A DNA stretch of 32,000 bases from Candidatus Harpocratesius repetitus (GTDB lineage: Archaea > Asgardarchaeota > Lokiarchaeia > Sigyniarchaeales > Promethearchaeaceae). The stretch spans positions 360,001 through 392,000 of the forward strand of contig JAIZWK010000001.1 of NCBI GenBank assembly GCA_021498095.1, given 5' to 3'. Each line of letters opens with the position of its first letter. Position 1 is the first letter of the stretch. Below the pieces are notes generated by a model, which had not been told where the DNA came from, did no database searches, and saw only the letters and a program-made list of their open reading frames with translations. The position numbers were made by a program, and so were the translations under genes. Of the stretch, positions 1 through 9,793 are shown piece by piece.

Positions 1-1
1 G

Positions 2-166
2 ATACTTTCAAATATCGCTAATGTATCACCCCAAGCAATTACATTTCACACACAAAAGTTGCAGAAAGAGGGAATTATAGAATCAGAAAAGCAAGGGCGA
101 CAGAAGTTTTATTCTCTGAGTGAACAAGCAAGAAAAATTACTGAGTCTTTAATAAAAGCTAATTAA
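2..166 (+). CDS. 3' end (partial) of a winged helix-turn-helix protein, ArsR/MarR-like
   Basis: Frame +2 is open from the window edge to TAA at 164-166: ...SNIANVSPQAITFHTQKLQKEGIIESEKQGRQKFYSLSE..., which fits the wHTH pattern (recognition helix, LxxxGII, K-x-GR wing, YSL). Confidence 0.75.
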   Translation: MLSNIANVSPQAITFHTQKLQKEGIIESEKQGRQKFYSLSEQARKITESLIKAN

Positions 167-284
167 TGGTTGGGTTAATACATCCATTCTTTTTTTTCAA
201 GTAGTTAATTTCAGTTAGTTAGGTGTTGATCAGTCGTATTTTTTTAATAATTATCAACAAATAATTCATATTAATTTATTAAAA

Positions 285-320
285 GAAAATTCGGCTATTT
301 TTAATTACGAAGGATCAATT
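285..320 (+). repeat. Left arm of a 36-bp inverted repeat (partner at 816-851)
   Basis: gaaaattcggctatttttaattacgaaggatcaatt matches the reverse complement of 816-851 at 30/36 positions, no gaps. Confidence 0.85.
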
Positions 321-815
321 CACTAATACCTCGGTTTGAATTTTTTTCCCCCATTTTTCGTTTGATTGAAATAATCGTTTAATTTCTGAATTATTCCACT
401 CATTAAAGAGAATTTTTGGGCTAAATCGGTGTGGAACAATGGTATTTCCTAAGATTTCGTGTTAATTTGTGATTGTAATTTATGCCTGAAGTCGCTGTTC
501 TAAACCCTCAGGTGTTTTAGGACCAGTTTAATGCACGCGAGTCTTAATCCTACTATAAATATTCTCCGCCAGATTATTTGATATAACTTTTGCCACAAAT
601 AGTCTTGTATTTCCTTAATAATAACTGTAACTGATGAAAGCACATTTTTTGCCAGTTTGAGATTTTTATAAAAAAGACTATTTTTGCATATCCCTGCTTT
701 TCATTTTCAAAAGCTTTAAAATGGTACACGCTTTGCTTAAAAATTTCAGAATAATTGCCAATAAATTTTTTTTGAATTAAAATTTTGAAATAATTTAAAA
801 AATAAGGCTTTTCTT

Positions 816-851
816 AATTGATCCTTCATTCTTAAAAATAGTCGAAAATTC
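816..851 (-). repeat. Right arm of the 36-bp inverted repeat (partner at 285-320)
   Basis: Reverse complement is gaattttcgactatttttaagaatgaaggatcaatt; 30/36 identical to 285-320. Confidence 0.85.
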
Positions 852-1282
852 AAAAATGTATAATTTAGTGAATTTTTATTCCATAATTTTAAAAGGAATT
901 GAGAATTTCGGCGACTTGGTAAGGATTTTGTCGTTGAAGGAAGATCTTTCTTCCTTTATATACAAATTACATCCACCCAACTGATATAAACAATACAAGA
1001 TTCTACAGAAGCGACAATTACGCAAAATAAGATTCAATCTTTTCGAAATAGATTCTTTTTCGTGTATAATTGGTCTTTTTTCAAAAAGGACAGTAAAATA
1101 CAGTAAAAAAAGATATTTAAAAAAGCCGACAGAATCGAAAAAACCTAATCATCACAAAAAATAAAATCAAAATATATCAATATATCAGAAATAAACTTAA
1201 AGAAAAGGTTAGAAATGCAAAATTCACTTTATTTAAAATATATAATAGACTGTAAAGATGAAAAAATCAATTGGTGAGCAAA

Positions 1283-1825
1283 ATGGGTTTATTAGAAGTA
1301 GCAATAATGTTCGAGGAATCAATTTTATCTGAAAAAAAGTTTTATGAATATGAAAAAGCAGTCGTTTTGGATGAAAATATTCGGGATAAAATGTTATCGG
1401 CAGTAGTTGGTTTAGGTAAGAATGCATTTGACGATGAAATTCAAAATTTTGCTTTAAACAATTTTGTAATTATATTTCAAAATACCACTTTTCCTTCTAT
1501 TAAAAACCCAGAGAAGGATTGTGTGATTCGTATTTATGGGATTGTTACCAAAGATACGAATATAAAAATGCTTTCTAGTACATTAGATGATGCTTTATTT
1601 CAATTTGTTAATCGATATTCCCGAATAGACATTGAAAATAAAAATTTAGAGAAATTTACAGATTTCAATGAACGTTTTGAAAAGATTTTTAAAGATTTCA
1701 TTCAATCAAAAAAAGAAAAGAAAGATGCAATAAGAACAGCAGAGAAAATGAAAATGCAGGAACGAGCTCGTGAAAAGCACTTCGATCAGCATCGATATTC
1801 AATGGGTCATAATCGATTTACTTAA
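1283..1825 (+). CDS. Probable longin-like domain protein with a charged C-terminal helix
   Basis: ATG 1283 follows a GGTGA Shine-Dalgarno-like motif (the ORF track starts at TTG 1271). Inferred beta-beta-alpha-beta-beta-beta-alpha-alpha layout: LLEVAIM / DENIRDKMLSAVVGLGKNAFDDEIQNF / FVIIF / IYGIVTKD / LDDALFQFVNRY / FTDFNERFEKIF, resembling Asgard longin-family proteins. Confidence 0.55.
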   Translation: MGLLEVAIMFEESILSEKKFYEYEKAVVLDENIRDKMLSAVVGLGKNAFDDEIQNFALNNFVIIFQNTTFPSIKNPEKDCVIRIYGIVTKDTNIKMLSSTLDDALFQFVNRYSRIDIENKNLEKFTDFNERFEKIFKDFIQSKKEKKDAIRTAEKMKMQERAREKHFDQHRYSMGHNRFT

Positions 1826-1840
1826 AAAAAAAAAGATGAT

Positions 1841-1890
1841 AGATTTTGATAAATTTTGTTAGATTTCAATAGATTTCAACAGATTTAAAC
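1841..1890. repeat. Degenerate 10-bp tandem repeat, 5 units
   Basis: agattttgat / aaattttgtt / agatttcaat / agatttcaac / agatttaaac, between convergent genes. Confidence 0.7.
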
Positions 1891-1949
1891 AATCATATCC
1901 TTTTTTTTCTTTACTTTTTCATTCTTATGCTTTATATCATAAAATACAC

Positions 1950-2321
1950 TCAAAGTTGTTCAATTATTAAAATTATAACCGCAATAACTTCTAAAAGAAG
2001 ACCTAAACCTGCAATACTGATAAAGGGTCCTATCATTCTAGCAATTATTGCTTGTAAAATGATCAATATTAGAAGTAACCACCAATTAAATGGAATGGCG
2101 AGCTTTTGGTTTTTAACAAGTTGAACTTGTAGCAGAACAAAGATTGAAACAATGATTCCAGCCAAACTGTAAAGCATCGCTGTGATGTTTATTGTATTAC
2201 TCATTGAATTCACAATACCAATTGTAAATCCAACTAAAGCAATCAAACCTCCAAGTGCTGCTAAAGCACGGGCTAAACCCCATCTTGAAGTCGATGAATA
2301 TCTTCTAGATTTTCTATTCAT
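1950..2321 (-). CDS. Hypothetical membrane protein, about 4 TM helices
   Basis: Basic N-terminus (MNRKSRR) followed by four hydrophobic segments. ATG 2321 is preceded by GTGAT (the ORF track starts at GTG 2333). Confidence 0.7.
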   Translation of the reverse strand: MNRKSRRYSSTSRWGLARALAALGGLIALVGFTIGIVNSMSNTINITAMLYSLAGIIVSIFVLLQVQLVKNQKLAIPFNWWLLLILIILQAIIARMIGPFISIAGLGLLLEVIAVIILIIEQL

Positions 2322-2390
2322 GATTTTTATCACTTAAAATGATATTGAGCGGAAAGATAATAAATTCTATCACTCTATCACCTCAAAGGA

Positions 2391-3017
2391 TCAAAATGAA
2401 AATAAATCAAATCCAAATTCTAAAAGATTTTCTCTTAATTTTGTCATTGGAAGACCAATGACGTTGGTAGGACTTCCCTCGATGTGGTCAATAAAAAGAC
2501 TGGCGCGTTCAAATAGAGAGTATGCTCCCGCTCTGCCTTGATACTCGGATGTCCCTTTTAAATAAGCCCATATTTCTTCAGATGATAAAAAATGCATATG
2601 AACTTTTGCCTGTTCAACAAACAAAAGCCGTTTTTCTTGAATTGTGGATAAAATGCAAACACCTGTAATAAGTAAATGGGTATTTCCCACCAGTTTTGAA
2701 AGAATAGAATGAGCTTCTTCAAGTGAATGAGCTTTTCCGATTAATTGATCTCCGAGAACAACCATTGTATCAGCACCAATAATAATTGCTTCATCATAAT
2801 TATGATTCTGCACATGATTATTTCTATATTTTTCATTCCAGATTTGGAGGACTGTATTTGCTTTATGAAATGCGAGGGTTTGAACATAAACAGGAGGATC
2901 TTGACGGGGAACAGATGTTTCATCAAAATCACTCGGGATTATTTTAACTGGAATATGGGCGCGTTCAAAGCAAAGCTTGCGATCTTTCGAAGCAGAGGCA
3001 AGAACCAATTGAACCAT
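2391..3017 (-). CDS. maf: Maf family nucleoside triphosphate pyrophosphatase
   Basis: LVLASASKDR, IIIGADTMV, GKA, H-x-LITGV, YQGRAGAY and IEGSPTNVIGLP are the Maf/YhdE motifs. Confidence 0.95.
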   Translation of the reverse strand: MVQLVLASASKDRKLCFERAHIPVKIIPSDFDETSVPRQDPPVYVQTLAFHKANTVLQIWNEKYRNNHVQNHNYDEAIIIGADTMVVLGDQLIGKAHSLEEAHSILSKLVGNTHLLITGVCILSTIQEKRLLFVEQAKVHMHFLSSEEIWAYLKGTSEYQGRAGAYSLFERASLFIDHIEGSPTNVIGLPMTKLRENLLEFGFDLFSF

Positions 3018-3195
3018 GGAATAAAATAACGCAACACACTGAAAAAATGTTTCTAGTATAAGTTATCATAAAAAAATTTAGCAATAAAAAATACTTCATA
3101 AAAAATTTTACTTTAAGAAAAAATAAAGAAACCTATTTTAAAAAACTCTACAGATAAAAAAGATAAAATAATAATAATAACAATAATAATAGATT

Positions 3196-4068
3196 CTAAA
3201 AAATCGGTTTACCTTTGGTGTATTTTTTCCATTGAGATTCAAGAAAATCATCAAGAGGAGGATGATCCAGATTACCTAAGACCCGTACGTTAAAATTAGC
3301 AAATTCATCTTCTAATTCAAACCATTTTCTGGCTTGGTCATAACCAATCATGTTGATGGCAGATTTTATTGAAAAGAGCAAATTGGATGGTTTTTTAGCC
3401 AATCCACGAGCGAATTTTTTCACAGTTTTCTCCAATAACTCCGGTTCTACAATTTTTGTAACCGCACCCCATTTATCAAATTCAGCTAAAGGGATCTTTC
3501 GACCAGTTAGAAGCATTTCTTGTGCATGAACAATACCCAGCGTTTTAATTGCCATCACAGTAGGACCTGTAGCAGGAAACATATTGATATCTATTTCTGG
3601 AAGTTGAAAGAAAAGATCATCTCGATTAGCAGCAAATCGGAAATCACAAGAAAGTGCAATTATCGCCCCAAGTCCGATAGCTGATGCTTGAATCTGAGCA
3701 ATTACCGGCTTTTTACTGAAAAAGATGGCTTTGGATACAGCTCCACCAAATGTAAGTAAATCACTTAAAATTTCTAAGGTTACTCCATTTCGAAACATAT
3801 TTAGGTCAAAACCTGCTGAGAATACCCTATTTCCCTCAGATTTTATAACAATGACGTGAATTTTTGGATTTTTATCTGCATTTTTAATATATTTGATAAG
3901 TAATTTTGCAGTTTCAATACTCACTGCATTCATTTTTGTATTAATCGAAATATAAGCAATTTTTTGTTTTTCTTCATAAATTATGGGTTCATTCGATTTT
4001 TCGATGGATTCATCAGAAGATTTCTTTTCTGGTTGAGAATTCGTTTGAGATGGATTATTTTCTGTCAT
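3196..4068 (-). CDS. Enoyl-CoA hydratase/isomerase (crotonase) family protein
   Basis: FSAGFDL oxyanion motif, KPVIAQIQASAIGLG, ALSCDFRFA, FQLPEIDINMFP, EMLLTGRKI. Confidence 0.93.
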   Translation of the reverse strand: MTENNPSQTNSQPEKKSSDESIEKSNEPIIYEEKQKIAYISINTKMNAVSIETAKLLIKYIKNADKNPKIHVIVIKSEGNRVFSAGFDLNMFRNGVTLEILSDLLTFGGAVSKAIFFSKKPVIAQIQASAIGLGAIIALSCDFRFAANRDDLFFQLPEIDINMFPATGPTVMAIKTLGIVHAQEMLLTGRKIPLAEFDKWGAVTKIVEPELLEKTVKKFARGLAKKPSNLLFSIKSAINMIGYDQARKWFELEDEFANFNVRVLGNLDHPPLDDFLESQWKKYTKGKPIF

Positions 4069-4229
4069 ATATTTTTCACCTTGATTTGATCACTATAAAT
4101 ACACACGCTAAATCACACATATTTTGACTTACCCACTTTTAAAAATTTTTATTCCGCTGTTTAGAAAAAAAGAGAATAGGAAAAAGAAAATTATGAAAAA
4201 TTCTAATGCTTCTTCAAATTAAATAATGT

Positions 4230-4751
4230 ATGCCAAGATCCGAATTAGAAGAAAAAATCCGTGATTGGGCAATTGATGAAGGCATTTTGGGGAAACCCCT
4301 TCCACCAAATCCAAAGGTGAATTTCGGTTATGAATTGACCTTCCCACCCAATTCCCCAAAACCAATGCGGTTGATGGTAATTCAACCAAAAGCGACCAAA
4401 GCCATTTCCATTCAAATCGCCACTCAAATTGCTAAACCACACGTAGAAGAAATTCAAAAATCTGACCCACAAGGTCTTTTAAAATTCTTTTTCATCTTCA
4501 AACGGTACATGCTGATGCAAAATCTGCTATATAATGTGGATGCCAATAACGCCCGCTACATTATTTTGGATAACATCTATCCTGATGGTTTGACAGAAAA
4601 TCAATTTTATCAATCAATTCGAAAAGTATTTAATGCAAATGTGTATATAAACATGCAGTTGATTGATTTTATTTCAGGAAAACACGGCGCAGGAAAAAAT
4701 CTACGGTCAGATTCAGACCTAGATTTCAGTGCTGGAACAATGTTTACGTAA
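4230..4751 (+). CDS. DUF2299 family protein
   Basis: LEEKIRDWAIDEG ... NFGYELTFPP ... I-YPDGLTENQFYQSIRKV resembles the archaeal DUF2299 family, from recollection of the family. Confidence 0.7.
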   Translation: MPRSELEEKIRDWAIDEGILGKPLPPNPKVNFGYELTFPPNSPKPMRLMVIQPKATKAISIQIATQIAKPHVEEIQKSDPQGLLKFFFIFKRYMLMQNLLYNVDANNARYIILDNIYPDGLTENQFYQSIRKVFNANVYINMQLIDFISGKHGAGKNLRSDSDLDFSAGTMFT

Positions 4752-4757
4752 ATATTA

Positions 4758-5321
4758 ATGGGGGAGAAAATGGAATTTAGTAGAAAAGAAAGCCCTTTAT
4801 TTGAGAATGAAAAAAGTCTTTTCTCCCATAATCTGCTTGCGGTGGGAAAATTAGACTATGCAAAAGGGGATCGTCCTAACATAAATTGTATTTTTTGTGG
4901 AGTCCGGGATAATCATCCAGCAGTAACCAGTTTAAAAGTATATCAAGATGAAGTTCTAATGATATGCTTAAATTTATATCCATATAATCCCGGCCATTTA
5001 ATGGTTATTCCTACCCGTCATGTTGAAAAGTTCGAGAATCTTTCAAAAAAGGAAAGGGATTATTTGTTTTGGATGGTGATACAGATGCAGAAAATGCTTC
5101 AAGATATATTTAATCCATCTGGGTTCAATGTTGGATATAATCAAGGAAACTATGCAGGTGCAAGCATTAAACATATTCATGTGCATATTGTTCCAAGATA
5201 CAAAGAAGAGTTGGGCTTTATCGATATTATTGGAACTACAAAGGTTATTGTTGAACCAGTTTCTGCAGTATTCACAAAAGTAAAGGAAAATATTAGTAAA
5301 TATACTAATCAAAATTTATAA
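4758..5321 (+). CDS. HIT family hydrolase (Ap4A hydrolase/phosphorylase-like)
   Basis: CIFC, NLYPYNPGHLMVIP, GFNVGYNQG-x-x-AGASI and the HIHVHIVPR histidine triad. True start may be ATG 4770 (GGGGAG upstream). Confidence 0.95.
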   Translation: MGEKMEFSRKESPLFENEKSLFSHNLLAVGKLDYAKGDRPNINCIFCGVRDNHPAVTSLKVYQDEVLMICLNLYPYNPGHLMVIPTRHVEKFENLSKKERDYLFWMVIQMQKMLQDIFNPSGFNVGYNQGNYAGASIKHIHVHIVPRYKEELGFIDIIGTTKVIVEPVSAVFTKVKENISKYTNQNL

Positions 5322-5414
5322 TTTTGAACAATAAATATAGAAAAGAGTAATTTAATATAAGCTTAAAAATGAGATCTTAATCACTTAATTGATAAAGGAG
5401 AGATTTGAAAACAG

Positions 5415-8400
5415 TTGATTTTGACTAAAATAAGAGAAGATTTAGAATCGCACAGATATGTTGAATTAAGAGCGTGGATTGAGAGTATTTTTGCAAATAT
5501 TAATGCTGAATCTATATTACAAATTAAAGATTTTCTTCAAGCTATAAAAAAAGGTGATATTACTCAGACTTATGAAGAAATTAAGAAATTGTATTATACA
5601 AATTTAGAGAATAGCGATTTTGCAGCAATACTAAAAATAATTGAAAAAGAGAGAGAAAATATTGCCCGACAGTGGATCTTAGCAGAAAATTTGAATCATT
5701 CAAAAGAATATGTAAATATCCTTCTAGATCATGATATTATTGCTTTTCAAAAAAAGAGTAATTTTGAAAATAATGAAAAAATAGGTCAAAAAAAAAAAAG
5801 TTTAGAATCTCAAGATCAAAAGAATAAAATTTGGGAAAAATTAGAAACAATACAAAGAAATCCAGAACTTTTGTTGCATGATGGGAATATTTATCAAGCT
5901 ATCGCCTTATCATCTATTGATAATATATCAGGTGTTTTAAAAGAATCCCAAATTCAAGAGCAAATGGATAAATATCAAAAATACGAGAAAATTGCAAGAT
6001 TTATTGAGAATTTAGAATATCCTTTACAATCCTTATTTTCTTTTCATCAAATAGGTGTGATTATTTATGATAAAAGAATTTACTTAATTAAATGGGTTCA
6101 ATTTATTGATAAAAACCAAATTTTGGGTAGTTCTAAAAAGAAAAAAGAAACAAAAGTCCAAATTTTGGAAGATTTAGGAGTAAAAATAGGTGTTGAACTG
6201 AAGGAGAATTTAGAACTGGGAGATGTTGTTATCTTTAAGAATTCAGATGATGATCAAGAAAACAGCGAAAAATTGGAACCTTTACTTTCACTTCAAACAT
6301 CATTATTTGATATATCAAAACAGCCACAACAACTAAACAAATTGGATTTATCTCAACAAGAAGATTGTCAAATTTTCGTTAATCAAGTATTAGGAAGAAT
6401 AGAATCCGGAATTTTATTATTAAATCAAAAAACACGACAAAACTTAAAAAATTCTCGCGATTTAGATATTTTTATTAAGATATCATTAGAAAAACTTGTT
6501 TCAATAAAATCTATAAATCAACGTATTAATATTCTAAGAGATCTTGCATCTATTAACAAAAATCCTGATAATACTCCAATAATCACTCTTGAATTAGAAA
6601 AAAACTATCTAGCATTTATAAAAGAATTATTCATTTCGAATACATTATTTAATTTGTCTAACACATTAAAAGAAATACGTAGATTGGAACTTTTTGATAA
6701 AAATATTGATTTATTTATCCATACAATAGTCTATTTATTTGATATGTATTCTGCACCAAGTCATATTATTTTAAATACAGTTGAATATCTCCTTCAAAAC
6801 TGGAAGCTATCAGAAAAACATTTGAAACTTTTAGAAAAACCGCAAATAATTGCAATAACTAATATTGTTGCCGAATATTTAAAGAAGGACAAGTTTTCTG
6901 AAGTTTTAACATATCTTTCAACATATTTAGAAACACATCCACAATTTCGATCACAAAACTTAATTTTTCTCTTGTTACAAATTCTTCAAGATTTATTCAA
7001 TCCACGACATGTCTCAGAAATTCAAACTGTTTCAAATACAATCTACTTAAAGTTTTTCGAAAAAGTAATTCAAGTTTTAAACGATTATATTATACAAACT
7101 CAAGAACCTAACCAAGATACAATTAAGTTAGTTAAATCTAATGTTATTAATTTATCTAATAACTTGGATTTAATTGGTTTCATAAATGATAAAATAAGCC
7201 AATTTCTTCACCTTATCAGATCACTTAACAAAAAATACATTTCCCAACTAAATTATTATCAAATCACGCAACAATTATGTCAAAATATACCACTAATCTG
7301 TTTTCATAAAGAAAAAGCCGCTCTTGCAACTAACTTCTTCAAATATTTAACAGATCTTAATATAGATACAGGATTAGTTCTCGATTTCCTTACTAATTTT
7401 GTAAAATTTTTAATTCAAAGCACTTCAAAATTAAATGAAAATGAGTCTTTTTCGAAAGAAATGATAAATATTATAATTCAGATAAAATCATGGAAAAAAT
7501 TTGATACAATTCATTCTATTTCAATTAAACCTCTTCAAAAATACTTAACCAATCTTTTTAATGAATGGTATCAAAACCAAAAACTACCAAAAATTCCACT
7601 ATCTTTTCATCGTAAATTAATTAAAACTTGGATTTCTTTTGTTCAAATGGAGAATAATTTAGAAGATTTCATGAATTTATTATACATTAAAGCATTTATA
7701 TGGGTTTGTGAAGAAGGTAATATAAAAGCAGTTCAGAAAAGATATTATTCTTTACCTCCAAAAATATATTTAAATAGTCATGAAATCTTCTTTTTTGAAC
7801 TTTCAAAATTCCTCGACAAAACTTGTAGAGATTTTAATGATTTTCATATATATAATTATGTATTTAACCTTATTCAGCGAAATTTTGTTAAATTGCAGCT
7901 TTCAGGTCAAAAATTTAATATTATTTTAAAAAAATATATCTCTACATTGAAATCATTATTACATTACACAATTACAAATGGATATTCTGCTTCTTTTAGA
8001 GAAATTTTAGTAGATGTTTTAGAAAATTTAATTTATTTTCCTACATCATTCTTTGAAAAATTATATCCAAGTTTTACGATTGTTTATGAAATGAATATCA
8101 AAGAAGGAAAAAGGTTTAAATCTCGTATTGAAATGATACAAACAATATCCATCACTTTGGAAAAGTTTTTATCTCGGTATGATTCAATTCTTTCTAAAAA
8201 ACATGTATGCATTCAATATGTTCCTCAAATTCTACCTAAAGAGTATATTAAAAAATTTTTAAAAAAACTCAAATCAGGTTCGTTGGATATTTTTCATCGT
8301 ATGCATATGTGGTTAATTGAAATTTGTAGTACAGAATATATTCAAAGTATTGATAAATTTGAACCGATTAAAATAATATTTCAAAATGTTTTGGAGCAAT

Positions 8401-8975
8401 TTAAATATGATCAATCGCAGATCATTCAAGATTTAGAAGATTTAATTAAGGAGATCTTTTCTAATCAAAAAATGTTGATTGATAATAAAAAGAAATTCTT
8501 TAAAATGATGTTGGAAATCACTAAAAAATCAGATTTTCCAGACTTACATAAAGATTTAAGGAATAGATTTCACTTTATCCAAGAATTATCTGAAATTGAA
8601 AGTTTATATTACACTATTTCCCAACATGATGATCAAAAAATAGATTTAGTAAGAAAACGCTTAAAAAAAATCAGAGGAAAATATGAGTTTCTTTTCACTC
8701 CTTGGTTTATTTATGCAAATACATTTGCTCTTCAAGAAAGACATCAAGAAGCAATAGAAGCATTCCGGGAAGCATTAAGATTTGAATCTAATTTATCAAA
8801 TTTTGCTCGTTTATATCATAATTTGATAGTATCATATTTAAGTATAAATGATATTGAAAATGCAATAAAAATTATAAAAGAAATGGAAATTGGAATAAAA
8901 ACAGACCCTCTTTTAGTAAAATTAATTAGAAATGTAGAAGAAATCTCAAATCAACGGCTATTAGGCCAATTTTAA
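5415..8975 (+). CDS. Large hypothetical, mostly alpha-helical protein with C-terminal TPRs
   Basis: 1186-aa uninterrupted ORF with TTG start and GGAGA upstream. Leu/Ile/Lys-rich helical composition. C-terminal WFIYANTFALQERHQEAIEAFREAL and LYHNLIVSYLSINDIENAIKII fit the TPR consensus. Confidence 0.8.
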   Translation: MILTKIREDLESHRYVELRAWIESIFANINAESILQIKDFLQAIKKGDITQTYEEIKKLYYTNLENSDFAAILKIIEKERENIARQWILAENLNHSKEYVNILLDHDIIAFQKKSNFENNEKIGQKKKSLESQDQKNKIWEKLETIQRNPELLLHDGNIYQAIALSSIDNISGVLKESQIQEQMDKYQKYEKIARFIENLEYPLQSLFSFHQIGVIIYDKRIYLIKWVQFIDKNQILGSSKKKKETKVQILEDLGVKIGVELKENLELGDVVIFKNSDDDQENSEKLEPLLSLQTSLFDISKQPQQLNKLDLSQQEDCQIFVNQVLGRIESGILLLNQKTRQNLKNSRDLDIFIKISLEKLVSIKSINQRINILRDLASINKNPDNTPIITLELEKNYLAFIKELFISNTLFNLSNTLKEIRRLELFDKNIDLFIHTIVYLFDMYSAPSHIILNTVEYLLQNWKLSEKHLKLLEKPQIIAITNIVAEYLKKDKFSEVLTYLSTYLETHPQFRSQNLIFLLLQILQDLFNPRHVSEIQTVSNTIYLKFFEKVIQVLNDYIIQTQEPNQDTIKLVKSNVINLSNNLDLIGFINDKISQFLHLIRSLNKKYISQLNYYQITQQLCQNIPLICFHKEKAALATNFFKYLTDLNIDTGLVLDFLTNFVKFLIQSTSKLNENESFSKEMINIIIQIKSWKKFDTIHSISIKPLQKYLTNLFNEWYQNQKLPKIPLSFHRKLIKTWISFVQMENNLEDFMNLLYIKAFIWVCEEGNIKAVQKRYYSLPPKIYLNSHEIFFFELSKFLDKTCRDFNDFHIYNYVFNLIQRNFVKLQLSGQKFNIILKKYISTLKSLLHYTITNGYSASFREILVDVLENLIYFPTSFFEKLYPSFTIVYEMNIKEGKRFKSRIEMIQTISITLEKFLSRYDSILSKKHVCIQYVPQILPKEYIKKFLKKLKSGSLDIFHRMHMWLIEICSTEYIQSIDKFEPIKIIFQNVLEQFKYDQSQIIQDLEDLIKEIFSNQKMLIDNKKKFFKMMLEITKKSDFPDLHKDLRNRFHFIQELSEIESLYYTISQHDDQKIDLVRKRLKKIRGKYEFLFTPWFIYANTFALQERHQEAIEAFREALRFESNLSNFARLYHNLIVSYLSINDIENAIKIIKEMEIGIKTDPLLVKLIRNVEEISNQRLLGQF

Positions 8976-9373
8976 GTGAAACAACTTAATCATTTACATT
9001 TTATCCATTCGACAAAATGATATTATGATAAAGAAAGAAAGCGAAAAACAAAAGAAAAAAGAATTCAAAAAAGAGAAAGAAAATAATAACAGATTTTGCT
9101 AATAAAGGTTAAAATCACCCAGAACCAATTAGTTTTGTAAATGGATTTCCAGTAATCAATTCCCAAAGATTCACCAAATGAATGGTTATTTCATATTTGA
9201 TTGATGTTATATATAATTTAATGTTAAGGAATATATTTTTCTGTAAATATTTTAAAGATTGAACCGCCATTTCAACAGGTCTAACTTCAATACAGAAATC
9301 AATCACATTCGCTTTTTCTATAACCATTTCGTATAATTCTGAAAAATTGAGAATACTTCCTGCATTCCCCCCC

Positions 9374-9787
9374 TCAAAGATACGATAAAATTTTCAAGTT
9401 AAAATGTTCAAAATGAGAGCGATTGCGTGTGATTATACTCGGAATTTCCAACATTTCAGCAGTAATTCCAATAATAATATCTTCGTTATCTATGATATTA
9501 CCTTGACTTAAAAGGATCCCACGTTTTATTCCTGATTGTTTAAGTATTTGAAGATCAAGGGGTATAATTTCAAAATCATTTAATATAAGATCAATTAGTG
9601 ATTTCTGCTTTTGGTAAAAAGCCATTCCTTTCCTTTTTTGAGAGTAACCCAATCCAGTATATAATTCCATAGCCGAAATAGCAGAAAGACAAAATCTCTC
9701 AGAAGCAAATTGTCTGAAAAGAGCCTTCAGTGATTTTCTTCCTCGTTCTATATCAATAATCACATTTGTATCTATTATTATCATCAT
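9374..9787 (-). CDS. vapC: PIN-domain toxin of a type II TA system
   Basis: IIIDTNVIID, SAISAMELYTG, EDIIIGITA, ITRN-x-x-HF carry the PIN acidic residues; lies directly downstream of the antitoxin. Confidence 0.93.
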   Translation of the reverse strand: MMIIIDTNVIIDIERGRKSLKALFRQFASERFCLSAISAMELYTGLGYSQKRKGMAFYQKQKSLIDLILNDFEIIPLDLQILKQSGIKRGILLSQGNIIDNEDIIIGITAEMLEIPSIITRNRSHFEHFNLKILSYL

Positions 9788-9793
9788 TCTTTC

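Noticed and set aside
2-166. wHTH fragment as the Cdc6/Orc1 C-terminus, which would mark an origin
   Set aside because: The sequence fits the short ArsR/MarR-type wing (KQGRQKFYSL), not the Cdc6 winged helix, so it gives no support for oriC.
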